Of a DNA stretch of 64,000 nucleotides, positions 40,601-47,909 are shown one piece after another. Origin of the DNA: an uncultured virus (IMG/VR IMGVR_UViG_3300013947_000029) (lineage: Duplodnaviria > Heunggongvirae > Uroviricota > Caudoviricetes > Crassvirales). Numbering within the stretch: position 1 is the first letter of the stretch; every line of letters begins with the position of its first letter. The stretch is taken from IMG/VR virus record IMGVR_UViG_3300013947_000029; one strand, 5' to 3'. The notes below the pieces were generated by a model. The model was given only the letters and a program-made list of their open reading frames with translations. It had not been told where the DNA came from and did no database searches. A program made the translations under genes and the position numbers.

Positions 40601-40626
40601 ATTCCAAATGAACAACTTATACCCAT
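31690..40626 (-). CDS. Virion-packaged DNA-dependent RNA polymerase (single chain, two-barrel type)
   Basis: SGTDFDIDK (DFDID at 34615-34629), YRIPTE, TDGQ, GSQLR, DNGKDP; N-terminal HELVH. ATG 40626 is preferred over TTG 40659, which overlaps the promoter. Confidence 0.9.
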   Translation of the reverse strand: MGISCSFGITKQKIEDIIGKDTISNLTEAECISTITLMMTNMNLPQEELMSKKYESDIKREILRQRKIAEKEKTKRRGKDALDILKKEGITLDNSLIDDLLSKAKPGNPYHQLFKQIVGILRNNDIPINIEIDSSLQSIAARKQDGFKTATIRFNPLLLLEYLMTDDRNNIKGNLMKVLTHELVHSVTAEILNYHPSWSKIKGFNEAQTEFTTNTWNLYLQCKEQLKGTEWYGLTNAKEFIAEALTNREFQIVLSKIKIDKKENAFKRFINYITNLFNKVFKAQGIELKNSALEEIMSISQEYFNAANKDLRGGIDDYTGSSDYFDKAPTSNPFNITKINEDKRKQYAEDSGISIHHIESPTDQDMEDYSPTEIVIVTKKGNRIQVAPGAGFQDLSKESKTTDIRSMIGINYLLENYLLANPSEVKKFGGSVLSSSAKDLYGNNYDASKDHFQQNYVSYIVKKSALRKEDLKKQREEEAKKKLEEAIESAKAERPVSPLDAIDPNSVPIDTLSNAFPNVSERIAAVSFVSDYFSLVLGKTLNDFKQSLIDNEETYRESLGDEVYDRISAGLNKGTEAQQRLFLLGLNVGSKPLPLQIFDNIKSLIDDFKNTEDIEQLVYNYFLNKEDDSINTDSYLGREFYYEAQQRGWNYKNIKEKAIFRVRYLKGYFTKHFTNENVFDALIKEAAFDIEFNENLRLDTTGNVSESQEEITDKEQDVQNELENPNKEGYMIKYKLLNPIDTISVKFKNKLAHIYKINTNTKRANDIEYYFNSLGIRVKLNPMVAYYIVLQEFQNISSEEELDNMFETAVNNYPWLQELKDNVVFNPYNPTAFDIDFRKEFFRSCKSFTTFAIIGNNGRLTYKNRDNKSSTFLEQVTKNYEGHFVIGNNSIYNEDGTRNAGNVASLYHLLIKKDKKEDISKVPFAYVNGILDRKNSTPQNLAVVLQILRGEHPKYPKISLESLLNNLGVDTNDVNLEALIPNIEAFEVQEDGMLSEDFTVDFIEEADDHNMTPVEYFNSLFTKDMKNRIKNILEMAIIITRPTLGYQAKDNLVKKFQNAYLAIGSALTIASEGYSQNVFRFAGNTMNSYTAYDYITRMTNLLQKVDSKEAIERGTQWLQENFGQYDFFRNQKTGEWYNTWAQQLYEEGDFGDYSIRKNFKILNLLSFKGDEDESHSVGKTDTESLIDGFIMAFFQGNTDSHGTTYGWYRNPLFSDTAASVLFKGVRYTGKDYKQKILYNLSKVLRQEIERIIDVRNNRNKNIRRIEFYNEGKTNGAKFNFFPALNSKLDEVINTYSGFTSLNSVEFKEKSQNYLINLLADIIEGPINPITGLREGGKLQEFLNSIDEKRRNTILQNYTNLGKSKDSNSSEDIIWDEEDAKEKKELKKQQKEDIEKLLIEFFYNDYFAQSQIIQLLGGDLAYYKNFRDFIKRNKQAYAAGDRVYGYEMDEQGHNKGKIMEHSLYIEDSFRVSNSYEEIKELLESNVGTSPLTKDIILGTLKAYTDICTTDGQSLRTAKGMKKVLEAMGGKWTKDMDEAYYRMTVEHRLDLKDFFAIWNNIKPFLFSHESIKVGGRNEKVVTQHKNSEYLLTSMFGIVGSALNTSPQLRALQKFMEDYDIDVVHFHSVVKEGYSESTNISYSKSRFNALQKKGLQVNGYNISTDSITDYFYDLDKLLKEGKISQEQYNNAVNLVDFENSEKGYLDCYSQIGLDVLKKDGEQWVLNPDKLHIVPLSDYMVVQPSGDHLTEDDLMALFGSQLRNIIPADLPEDFTITVNIGGVKKTLNREEAVKYYNTLIVDQLLDSFSKIKDEYSNIEKLQASLLAQMRNNPKYGSDVEAALQLNETRTAFKIPFNNPNLTNKIEELLLSAFKNAIQKQKINGGNIVLVSNFGFSNNLKIKYKKDAKGNKCIDYIPCYMPAYKRSIIQDVLVEHVDPESGETWWSIDYNRIKGNEELLRIIGYRIPTENKCSIFNLRIEGFLPISAGTAMILPSDIITMSGTDFDIDKLFLMLKNFRREVVDANYIKGITNYLYKLYNSESSDEEYKSSLKSLIDKLRRKTGLTQEEIDFYSEKYEDFEEYLDINPIPDKMPYYRAYSPRITKGMSIEDISLLKGYSTKDRKKIRDNMLIDFIREILSSSAGSQLSLLPSSYKNVKHASREQRIMKDPKALQKFYDAHKKEIAAHSFLYVLDKYGRDYKDATIDDGINALESFYDKEATVDDPLSIIDYAKNHRNLMDGNDLIGMFAVSSSSHYKFQFINNGRGLSIHPESQFNIKLLGKPIVTVTNIDPVISPLTGKRIGDDAKEFQSASPDNGKDPTLGDLNANGKTIARVAFLTRIGCDPQTVGILNTCDDLIAHIKELKVQDADITEGYKHWKDFEGNIEEIVEMIVNFRLHKPINKTQAGMFLGWMQNIQNLSLLLNQSTDISRCDSPNGALAISTAEVTQQRMKAQAFINTVTKKVGDTLIANPSSPIQGFEQFIDIDLDATTDNDIREKFLSKAVPRMQAFYTLGLTSAYSLLGKYNLLPQFTTSVQQAIQLLSNLTGNPLTSSKAVKELRMFYSELTMYLLSGADSRFGSDSKDIMEKRNYYIHDFPIKFKLFLEEKDKWGNYKHLNVRNMTIIKSMSTNTKSGITFNNVGKVSPKSRKYFSEELTQLLASKDPEVVQFAEDLFNYAYYYCGFNFGHSNYGIFISNAFYENMPRYLNVLKSRNKQLLESKAIDDYLKNYVLQFLMNNPRYVKNLNKKFLKYFKFYEDENGNAIMQLEDANGLAAISTKYDKSNIPIIMIRNGKYSGMYVLASNSLDSEPMYIRKPYNGLRTPFYDSTKTIAEIDYTNLKDFGDTSNVSKVREALGKDNIEEAAVPQTDAEELADKVLTFDDNTNDKADNITDSISDKKANEIEQLEGSTNNYYSTIEEDSENSNNRDNITAVPEEVDDSLYIPEENDSLFIPEEVDNSNSNTKQNLDDFEAPVEDEENNICKK

Positions 40627-40656
40627 ATTGCATAATTTTATTTTATGTAGTTTCTG

Positions 40657-40687
40657 CAAATATACAGTTTTATTCTTATTTTACAAA
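40657..40687 (-). promoter_or_regulatory. Bacteroidota sigma-A-type promoter for the RNAP gene
   Basis: Minus strand reads TTTG-N19-TATATTTG, matching the -33/-7 consensus, 30 nt upstream of ATG 40626. Confidence 0.7.
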
Positions 40688-40719
40688 ACACTTAATTATA
40701 GGTATTACAGAGAGTAAGT

Positions 40720-40757
40720 AAAAAAATAAGGGGAGAAGCGTATTGCCTCTCCCCTTT
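40720..40757 (-). terminator. Intrinsic terminator ending the replication/metabolism block
   Basis: aaggggaga..tctcccctt stem with an adjacent A-tract (U-tract on the minus strand). Confidence 0.75.
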
Positions 40758-40764
40758 ATAAATA

Positions 40765-40980
40765 TTACTCCATTTCCTTCTTTAAATCTTCAATCCTCAT
40801 ATCAAGTATCATAGAGTATTGTAGCATAATTTTGTACTGAGCCTTAAGTAATTCTCTTTGCTTATCACTTATAGTTTTGTATTCTTTCTTTATAAAATTA
40901 CCAAGCCTTAATATCTTAATATTAAGCTCTTGTTGTTCTTGCTCTACTTTTACTAAAGCAGTAGTTATATCACTTTTCAT
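40765..40980 (-). CDS. Small coiled-coil protein (crAss001_48-like)
   Basis: E..EL..KI..L..FI...QRELL..Q...M..Y..IL..RI pattern. Confidence 0.6.
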   Translation of the reverse strand: MKSDITTALVKVEQEQQELNIKILRLGNFIKKEYKTISDKQRELLKAQYKIMLQYSMILDMRIEDLKKEME

Positions 40981-41227
40981 ATTCCTTTATTTTATCATTA
41001 ATTACTTCAGATTTAATAATACCAGTCCATCTTGCTATTACATCATCATTATCATCTAATAGAATCATTGTAGGAAGATTTTTGATATTATACTTTGTAG
41101 TAGTTTCTTCATCTTCTTCTATATTAATGTTTCTATAGATGGAAACATTAATAGGATTAGTCTTAAATTCTCTATCTAGTACTTTACATTGTCCACACCA
41201 AGGGGCATAAAACTTCAATAATTTCAT
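40970..41227 (-). CDS. trxA: Thioredoxin
   Basis: FYAPWCGQCK; LPT cis-Pro motif. Confidence 0.88.
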   Translation of the reverse strand: MKLLKFYAPWCGQCKVLDREFKTNPINVSIYRNINIEEDEETTTKYNIKNLPTMILLDDNDDVIARWTGIIKSEVINDKIKEYEK

Positions 41228-41394
41228 TGTATTTCAACTTTTATATTTTCACTAAACATCCAACTGCATTCATCTGTATTATGCCCTAGCTTTTTGAGTA
41301 ATTCTTCACTATCTTCTATACTAGATAGTTCCTCATCTAATGTATATATAGTGATACTGCTATTACTATAATCTATTACTGCTAACTTCTCCAT
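41224..41394 (-). CDS. Small hypothetical protein (56 aa; not in ORF track)
   Basis: MEKLAVIDYSNSSITIY...CSWMFSENIKVEIQ*; ATGA overlap with the thioredoxin start. Confidence 0.65.
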   Translation of the reverse strand: MEKLAVIDYSNSSITIYTLDEELSSIEDSEELLKKLGHNTDECSWMFSENIKVEIQ

Positions 41395-41396
41395 AT

Positions 41397-41531
41397 TTAC
41401 TCTTTATTTTTATGTTCAAAATCTTCACATATAGGGTCATTAGGTTGTGTCTCTGTATATAAGTCTTTTATAAGACAGTAACTAAATGTCTCACTTTGCT
41501 CAAACCATTCACAATCCTTACAGTATTTCAT
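41397..41531 (-). CDS. Small Cys-rich protein (44 aa; not in ORF track)
   Basis: MKYCKDCEWF...YC...ICEDFEHKNKE*; ATGA overlap with the upstream gene. Confidence 0.65.
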   Translation of the reverse strand: MKYCKDCEWFEQSETFSYCLIKDLYTETQPNDPICEDFEHKNKE

Positions 41532-41800
41532 ACTTTATGCTCTTCATTCCATTCTTTATTCCATGGTTTATCAGGCATCAATTGCTGTATTACCTTAATA
41601 TTAGTAATATCAGCTTCTATATACCCATCATCCCAAGTTAAATCGACCCCTGTAAGAAGTCTTATAGTACCACTTTCAAGATGCACCTCATTATCTCCCA
41701 TAGGTAGCCATATATTACTATCATCTCTTAAAGGAGGTTTATCAAAAGCTCCCTCTACGTTATCTGACATTATATCATCTACTGCAAAATATACTTTCAT
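41528..41800 (-). CDS. Hypothetical protein
   Basis: Tightly packed ORF in the operon. Confidence 0.65.
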   Translation of the reverse strand: MKVYFAVDDIMSDNVEGAFDKPPLRDDSNIWLPMGDNEVHLESGTIRLLTGVDLTWDDGYIEADITNIKVIQQLMPDKPWNKEWNEEHKV

Positions 41801-41801
41801 A

Positions 41802-42050
41802 TTAAATTTCTGAATTATAGGTTTCTATGTAATCTCCACAACATTCACAAGGCTCATCAATACTTGTATATTCTCCATATTGTACAATAAACCATTGTAA
41901 TAAATAGTTTAGTTCATCAGGGTTTTGTTTTAGCCAATCAGCTATTTTATTCATAGCTTCCTGTCTTTCAGTATCTGTTAAATTAATTTCTTCTTTACCA
42001 TCTACTGTAAGACTATCACAAACACACCCTCTTACTAATTGTAAATTCAT
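41802..42050 (-). CDS. Hypothetical protein, possible Zn-binding
   Basis: CVC and CECC motifs. Confidence 0.65.
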   Translation of the reverse strand: MNLQLVRGCVCDSLTVDGKEEINLTDTERQEAMNKIADWLKQNPDELNYLLQWFIVQYGEYTSIDEPCECCGDYIETYNSEI

Positions 42051-42292
42051 TCTTCTATTACTGTAAAATCATCAACACACCAATCAAGAAATTCTTCAGA
42101 AGGAAGAGTAATTTGCTCTTTTACATAATCTTCTAAATTGTATTCTTCAGCATCTATAGGAACATCTATAGTTCTAGTAGTACTTAAAGTTTCTGATATA
42201 GTTACCTCTATTTCCTTTGTTTCAGTACCTTTATTATAAGGAGCTCTGGGGTCATATTGAGCTCCTGCTGGATAATCACCATCTTGTGTCAT
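42047..42292 (-). CDS. Hypothetical acidic protein
   Basis: YPAGAQYDPRAPYN N-terminus; ATGA overlaps at both ends. Confidence 0.65.
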   Translation of the reverse strand: MTQDGDYPAGAQYDPRAPYNKGTETKEIEVTISETLSTTRTIDVPIDAEEYNLEDYVKEQITLPSEEFLDWCVDDFTVIEE

Positions 42293-43197
42293 AACAAATG
42301 TTTTTCTTCAAATAGTTTATATAATTTATCAGCTAATTCTGCTGCTTGTGGATGAGGTTTACCTGTCTTAGCTAAGAAAGAGCATCTTTGATTAAAGAAA
42401 TCTTGCCAATCACTTACAAAACCTGTCATATATAGCTCACATTTAGTAGCTAATGGAAGTATATTTCTTGCCTGTTCAGGTTTCCATCCTTCTTCTATAA
42501 GTTTTAAATAAGAATCTTCAGCATCTAAAAGCTGTTGTATAAAAACTTCAGCATCTTTAGAGTAGAGAAAATTACTAAAAGTCTCTTTAATAACTTCATT
42601 AAAAGTCTCTTTAGTAACTGCTATTTGACCTCTTATGTCTAACCATTGTGGCATAATATAGATAAGCTCATTATTAAATTTATCCTTAGAGTAGTTGTTG
42701 AATCTAGTACTCTCCATGCAGAAACTAAATTTCCTATGCCTTGTAAGCTCTTGTGCTATGGCTCTATCACAGATAAACCTTGCTGTAACTCTAGCAGAGT
42801 GATATTCACTAGGTTCAGTTATAAACTCTAGTAAACCATGCATTTGATTTTCTAGCAATACTCTATAGTTTGTAGTAATATAGAGATATTTATCTCCATC
42901 ATGTTCATCTATATAACTTATAGAGTAAGGATTTTTATTAAAGAAATCTACTAATGCATAAAACTCCTCTCTACCAGAAGTCTTATAATCAGGAATAGTA
43001 AGATATACAGTACCATGCTCTAAAGGAGCATAGTGCCTGGATTCTATAAGTCTTCTTACAAAAGGAGTGGCAGAATCCTCTGATATACTATGAGTAGATT
43101 GATAACATACTTTACCTGCTTTTTCAATCTGCTTATATACTCCTAATAATCCTATCTCTTGTGATAATATTTCTACAGATGGTTCTATTAATTTCAT
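42289..43197 (-). CDS. thyX: Flavin-dependent thymidylate synthase
   Basis: H..PLEH, ELTRHRKFSFCMESTR, ARNILP, HPQ. Confidence 0.92.
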   Translation of the reverse strand: MKLIEPSVEILSQEIGLLGVYKQIEKAGKVCYQSTHSISEDSATPFVRRLIESRHYAPLEHGTVYLTIPDYKTSGREEFYALVDFFNKNPYSISYIDEHDGDKYLYITTNYRVLLENQMHGLLEFITEPSEYHSARVTARFICDRAIAQELTRHRKFSFCMESTRFNNYSKDKFNNELIYIMPQWLDIRGQIAVTKETFNEVIKETFSNFLYSKDAEVFIQQLLDAEDSYLKLIEEGWKPEQARNILPLATKCELYMTGFVSDWQDFFNQRCSFLAKTGKPHPQAAELADKLYKLFEEKHLL

Positions 43198-43203
43198 GAT
43201 ATT

Positions 43204-43416
43204 CTATATTTTATAAGTTTCATAATCACCACAAGGAGTGATATTTTTTACTTCATAAGAATCAATGATAAGATTACCTCCTTCCATGAGGAATTTAATT
43301 CTTTCATTATCTTCTAATTGTTGCATTCTAGCATAATCTTTTGTAGAAAGGTCACACTCTATATGACCTTTCTTTAGTGTACCATCTAAATGGACGGGTA
43401 ATAGTACTCTAAACAT
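43204..43416 (-). CDS. Hypothetical protein
   Basis: Packed ORF. Confidence 0.6.
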   Translation of the reverse strand: MFRVLLPVHLDGTLKKGHIECDLSTKDYARMQQLEDNERIKFLMEGGNLIIDSYEVKNITPCGDYETYKI

Positions 43417-43421
43417 AATAA

Positions 43422-43697
43422 TTACTGATTAATAAAATAATAATTTAAACTTTCTGTTTCTCTAGGAACATTTTCTAATGTAATAACCTCTATATAATCT
43501 GGTATAGGATATAGATAATTTCTTTGTTTATTTGTAGTTCTTGAATAACTAGTGTTATTAACTAATAACACCTTTCCACTCTGCCATTCTGCTATTGTAG
43601 TAGCATAACTTACTAACTTATCTCCAGTACTATATAGGTTACTTCCTGTGGCGGGTTCATGGTTTAAAAACTCTCTTACTACTTCTCTATTTCTCAT
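43422..43697 (-). CDS. Hypothetical phage protein
   Basis: SYATTIA...YSRTTNKQ motif. Confidence 0.6.
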   Translation of the reverse strand: MRNREVVREFLNHEPATGSNLYSTGDKLVSYATTIAEWQSGKVLLVNNTSYSRTTNKQRNYLYPIPDYIEVITLENVPRETESLNYYFINQ

Positions 43698-43872
43698 TTC
43701 TTTCTTTCCTAAGATTTTCTATATCTTCTTTTGTTATTACAGGAACATCACATGCTTCTAAACGGTATATGGGCATTCCTCTCCATTCTTTATGATACTC
43801 TATAGCTTGGTCATCAGTGTCAGCAACATACCAAATACCATTTATTTTAAATATTTTTTTAGATGCTGTCAT
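43687..43872 (-). CDS. Hypothetical protein
   Basis: Packed ORF. Confidence 0.55.
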   Translation of the reverse strand: MTASKKIFKINGIWYVADTDDQAIEYHKEWRGMPIYRLEACDVPVITKEDIENLRKERNEK

Positions 43873-43873
43873 A

Positions 43874-44152
43874 TTATATCTTGTATTTAGGATTATATTT
43901 TATATTATATAAAGGGGTTAATGTACATCTGTCACTATAATATCGCTTAGCAATATTTCTAATCTCTTCAAGATATTTTGGGGTATTATAAGTCACTATA
44001 TCTATCATATAGAAACCACCCAACTCTAATTTTCTTGTAATAATGCCCAATTGCAATTCACACAATTGTTGTATAAGGCAGTTTGCTGCTACAAAAGTGT
44101 CATCTGAATAGGCAATTTTAAGGTAGCAAAACACTAAATCAGGAGTTCTCAT
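43874..44152 (-). CDS. Hypothetical protein
   Basis: Packed ORF. Confidence 0.55.
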   Translation of the reverse strand: MRTPDLVFCYLKIAYSDDTFVAANCLIQQLCELQLGIITRKLELGGFYMIDIVTYNTPKYLEEIRNIAKRYYSDRCTLTPLYNIKYNPKYKI

Positions 44153-44630
44153 TTTCTAATCTTTTTATTTCATCATTAATATAAAACCTTGCTTTCTTAA
44201 GGTCTTCAATTTGTTTATCTTTACTAGTCATACCTTTTTCTTCTTTATGTCCAGCCCTTAGGGTATATTTTACAATATTTCCTATATTAAAATTCAAATG
44301 CCTTGTAATATCAATTACTTCTATACCACATTTATCTTTAAGCCAAGTATAATGACTTGGATGCTCTACTCTATTATATATAGATTTAGTAATATCCAGA
44401 GGGGAAACATCTACCTGCTTTTCTTTTACTTTATAATGTGTTTTAATATAATCTTCTGATATTATAAAGCTTTCAGTTTCTTTACTTACAGGAGATATAC
44501 GAAAAGTTTTATACTCATATAATCCTGCTTTAATTCTATAGTACTGATAAGCAGTATATGAAGTACCGTCATGTACTATAGCTTCTATAGTATCTCCAAT
44601 TCTTAATTGTTCTAGTTCTTCTTGTGTCAT
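44139..44630 (-). CDS. DUF3310 / T7 gp1.7-like nucleotide kinase domain protein
   Basis: VEHPSHY..IEVIDI..FNIGNIVKY..RAGHK..EDLKKARFYI; ATG 44630 preferred as start. Confidence 0.8.
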   Translation of the reverse strand: MTQEELEQLRIGDTIEAIVHDGTSYTAYQYYRIKAGLYEYKTFRISPVSKETESFIISEDYIKTHYKVKEKQVDVSPLDITKSIYNRVEHPSHYTWLKDKCGIEVIDITRHLNFNIGNIVKYTLRAGHKEEKGMTSKDKQIEDLKKARFYINDEIKRLENENS

Positions 44631-44641
44631 ATTATTAGTTT

Positions 44642-46678
44642 TTAATGTACCCAACATGTTGGTAAACTACCATCTTCATTATAGCTTATTTTAGCATCAA
44701 GTTTACATCTTGTACAGAAAAAAGAACCAGCTTTTATCATGCATTGATGTAATACTTCTGCTACCTTAGGAGCAATGTCTTTAGGAGCTTCAACATTCCA
44801 TTCATCATGTGCTGGGATGCAGAACTTCACTACATTAAATAGATTATTTTTCACTATATAATCAAAGAAATACACTGAAGCTACCTTAAATATTATAGCT
44901 CCTGTACCTTGAATTTCATAATTTGAGGAATATCTATCCCATGCAGACTTTTGTTTAAAAAAGTTCTTCACTCTTTGTACAGTAGCACATTCTGGATTAG
45001 TTTTTTTCATCTCTTTATAATATTCCCAATCTAATGTAGACATCCATTCTTTATCCTCCTTTAACTCTTTGTAATTATGAATATAGGATTTATGACCAGT
45101 AATACTACTAATCAGTATATAGCCTTTATCCCACCATTCTTTATGTTTTCTTTCCTGATAAGCTTTTAGACCATTAAATCCCTTCATATAGGCATTATAT
45201 ATCCTATTAGCTTCTTCTTCAGATAATCCAAAGTTTCTTTTTATAGTTTCAGCATTACCATTGTAATTAAAGGCAAACTCATAGCCTTTTGCAATTTTTC
45301 TAAGGTCATGATATTTATCTGTAACTACTGAGGTTGGGCAATCTTTAGGGATAATATCAGAAAATACTATTTTAGCAGTTAGAGTGTGCAAATCTTTATC
45401 TCCATGTATTAGCTCATCAAGCATAGCTTTATCATTTGCTATAGAAGCCATTAAGAAGGATTCTTCTCCTGAATAATCAATACTTATCCATGAGTTTCCT
45501 TTTTCTGCTACAAAGCAAGCCCTAGTTTCTTCATCTGAAGGAAGATTTTGCATATTAACATATTCTACATGGTTTATTTTGTCCTTACCTCCTGAATTAA
45601 GCCTTCCTGTAGAAGTAAATAACTGTCCAAAATTTGTATGTATTCTCCCACTTATAGGATTTATCTGCTTTATAAAAGTTTCTCCATAAGTAGAAGTGAT
45701 TTTCACAGCCTTTTTATACTCTAAATAAAGGGGAATAAGACTACATTTATCTTTTTGTGGTTTTAAACTTTTTACATCAATACTATCCTTTTCTCCTCCT
45801 TTTTTTCTATCTTCTATAGTTACATTTACTCCATATTTTTTGAATAATGGAATTAATTGTTTTGCACTATTCCAATTCAAAGTAACTTGAGGTTCTAGAT
45901 TGAATCCATTAAATAAATCTCCTTGTCTATCAATAAATATATAGGAGCTATTTGGTTCATTTTCTAAAATCCATTTATTACAAGCTTCTAAAGCATTATT
46001 AACTCTAATAGTATCTTTCTGGATTTTAGCTTTCCATTTTTCAATATCAAGCTTTACTCCACAATATTCACAATATGCTAAAGGTATTACAAACTTATTT
46101 TCATAAACAATAGCTTTTTGTAATCCTTTCTCCTCTAGAGCTTTTTTTTGTTTATTCATTATTTGCTCAAGGTACTTAACATCATTAGCACTATACATTA
46201 TAACATCTTCTGTTAGTCCTGCATACATTATTTTACCTCTAACACTTTTATCAAGCTCTATATTAAGATATTCTTCTCCTGCAGACTTTAAGCTCATTGA
46301 GTGATAACCTCTAGGATAACCTAGCCACATTAAACATTCTGCTAAAAATCCATCCCAAACTTGTCTTACTACTATATTATATTTAAACAAAAACTTTAAA
46401 TCAAATTTTAAGTTCCATCCTAAAAATACTCTATTAGACTCAAGATATTCTTTATATAAGGAGATATTTATAGTAGAAGTGTCTATTACTATTTGAAAAT
46501 CAAAACATCCTAATTGAAGAATCTTTAAGTCACATGTCCAAGGGTCTAATCCAGTAGTTTCAGTGTCTAATCCTACTACAGTAAGAGGTTCAAGTAGTTT
46601 TAATGAGTTTTCTACATCTATTATTTTATAGGATTCATTATTAAATAGTTCTCTATTATTAGTAACCAGATAAATCAT
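44642..46678 (-). CDS. polA: Family A DNA polymerase with 3'-5' exonuclease
   Basis: DTETTG, NLKFD, YSAND (exonuclease); TGRLNS, NMQNLP, DYSGEE, R..AK...F..NY, HDE. Confidence 0.93.
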   Translation of the reverse strand: MIYLVTNNRELFNNESYKIIDVENSLKLLEPLTVVGLDTETTGLDPWTCDLKILQLGCFDFQIVIDTSTINISLYKEYLESNRVFLGWNLKFDLKFLFKYNIVVRQVWDGFLAECLMWLGYPRGYHSMSLKSAGEEYLNIELDKSVRGKIMYAGLTEDVIMYSANDVKYLEQIMNKQKKALEEKGLQKAIVYENKFVIPLAYCEYCGVKLDIEKWKAKIQKDTIRVNNALEACNKWILENEPNSSYIFIDRQGDLFNGFNLEPQVTLNWNSAKQLIPLFKKYGVNVTIEDRKKGGEKDSIDVKSLKPQKDKCSLIPLYLEYKKAVKITSTYGETFIKQINPISGRIHTNFGQLFTSTGRLNSGGKDKINHVEYVNMQNLPSDEETRACFVAEKGNSWISIDYSGEESFLMASIANDKAMLDELIHGDKDLHTLTAKIVFSDIIPKDCPTSVVTDKYHDLRKIAKGYEFAFNYNGNAETIKRNFGLSEEEANRIYNAYMKGFNGLKAYQERKHKEWWDKGYILISSITGHKSYIHNYKELKEDKEWMSTLDWEYYKEMKKTNPECATVQRVKNFFKQKSAWDRYSSNYEIQGTGAIIFKVASVYFFDYIVKNNLFNVVKFCIPAHDEWNVEAPKDIAPKVAEVLHQCMIKAGSFFCTRCKLDAKISYNEDGSLPTCWVH

Positions 46679-47175
46679 TATTTACTAGTATATATTTCTA
46701 GAGTTTTAAAATCTACAGTATATTTATAATTCTGTAGAAAGTCAGTTCCTAAGATGCCATCTATTTTAGTTCCTGTATGAACTTCTAAAGCACCTAAGGT
46801 ACTTTCAATACCTTCTGATACAAGAAATTCTATATCATAATTATTACCCATAATATCAACAAATGGTGCTATACAACTAAGTTCTTGAGTAGCATTACCT
46901 CCAATGCCTATAGTTTCATTATTAATATTATTAGTTACACAATTTATTAGCTTCTTATAAGGTGTATGTCCAATATGACATACATTACTTCCAGTATCTA
47001 TAAGAAAATTAAAGGTATTATCCCCATTATTAAGTTCTATAATAGGCATACCACCATCCATATTTTTCTTTATAGAAATACTTTCTCTAGGATATTGTTT
47101 ATTCTTCATAAAGAGATTAACTACACTTGCTGTTGCAGCTACTCCTGTCATTACTAATATTGCTTCTAAAATCAT
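46678..47175 (-). CDS. Retropepsin-like aspartic protease with N-terminal hydrophobic anchor
   Basis: FLIDTGS and GILGTDFL. Confidence 0.82.
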   Translation of the reverse strand: MILEAILVMTGVAATASVVNLFMKNKQYPRESISIKKNMDGGMPIIELNNGDNTFNFLIDTGSNVCHIGHTPYKKLINCVTNNINNETIGIGGNATQELSCIAPFVDIMGNNYDIEFLVSEGIESTLGALEVHTGTKIDGILGTDFLQNYKYTVDFKTLEIYTSK

Positions 47176-47185
47176 ATATTATTAT

Positions 47186-47734
47186 TTATTTTACACCTGT
47201 ACTACCATGTCCTCCACGGTTTTCATTATTTAATCCCTCTACCCATTCAAAGGTAATCTTATTACTAAATAGCCATTTAATTTTCTGCCATATAGTAGCA
47301 TATTGATTAGGCACTATCATAAACTGACAAATTCTGTCTCCTTTATGTATAGAAGTAGCTTGTAATGCTATACAATAGAATCCCCATTCATCATTATTAC
47401 CATTATAACTATTATCAACATAACCACTTGTAGCCATGAGAAGCCCTAATTTCTTTGTAGTAGAACTTCTTTGTCTTATAATAGCACTAAAGCCTTTAGG
47501 TAATTGCATTGCTATACCTAATTTAATTAGTTGCTTATCAAACGATACTTCTCTATATTTTGTATTATCATGTTGTTTTAATCTTTCTGCTAAGGGGGCT
47601 TTAAATATATAATCCTCAGCAGCTCTTAGGTCTATGCAATCTCCCTTAGGATTAACAAATGGTGTTATATTACCTTGTTCATCCTTAGCCTCTGTATAAA
47701 GGCCTTTAGTCAATTCTCTTACTTTAATCTTCAT
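47186..47734 (-). CDS. dut: dUTPase (trimeric)
   Basis: IDL, RSS, GYVDNSY.G, GDRICQ, RGGHGSTG. Confidence 0.92.
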   Translation of the reverse strand: MKIKVRELTKGLYTEAKDEQGNITPFVNPKGDCIDLRAAEDYIFKAPLAERLKQHDNTKYREVSFDKQLIKLGIAMQLPKGFSAIIRQRSSTTKKLGLLMATSGYVDNSYNGNNDEWGFYCIALQATSIHKGDRICQFMIVPNQYATIWQKIKWLFSNKITFEWVEGLNNENRGGHGSTGVK

Positions 47735-47909
47735 TATTATATCCTTTTATAGTTGTTTTATTAAGTTGTTTAAACTGAGAAACTACTTCATTATTAGTAG
47801 TAGATTCTTTGTATTGGTATAGTTTAATACCAAATATTTTTATAGTTCTTATAGTTGCTGCTTCTTTATTTTTAGTATCATAGAAGCTTTTAATATCTAT
47901 ATTAATCAC
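47724..47909 (-). CDS. Hypothetical protein
   Basis: Overlapping packed ORF. Confidence 0.6.
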   Translation of the reverse strand: MINIDIKSFYDTKNKEAATIRTIKIFGIKLYQYKESTTNNEVVSQFKQLNKTTIKGYNNED

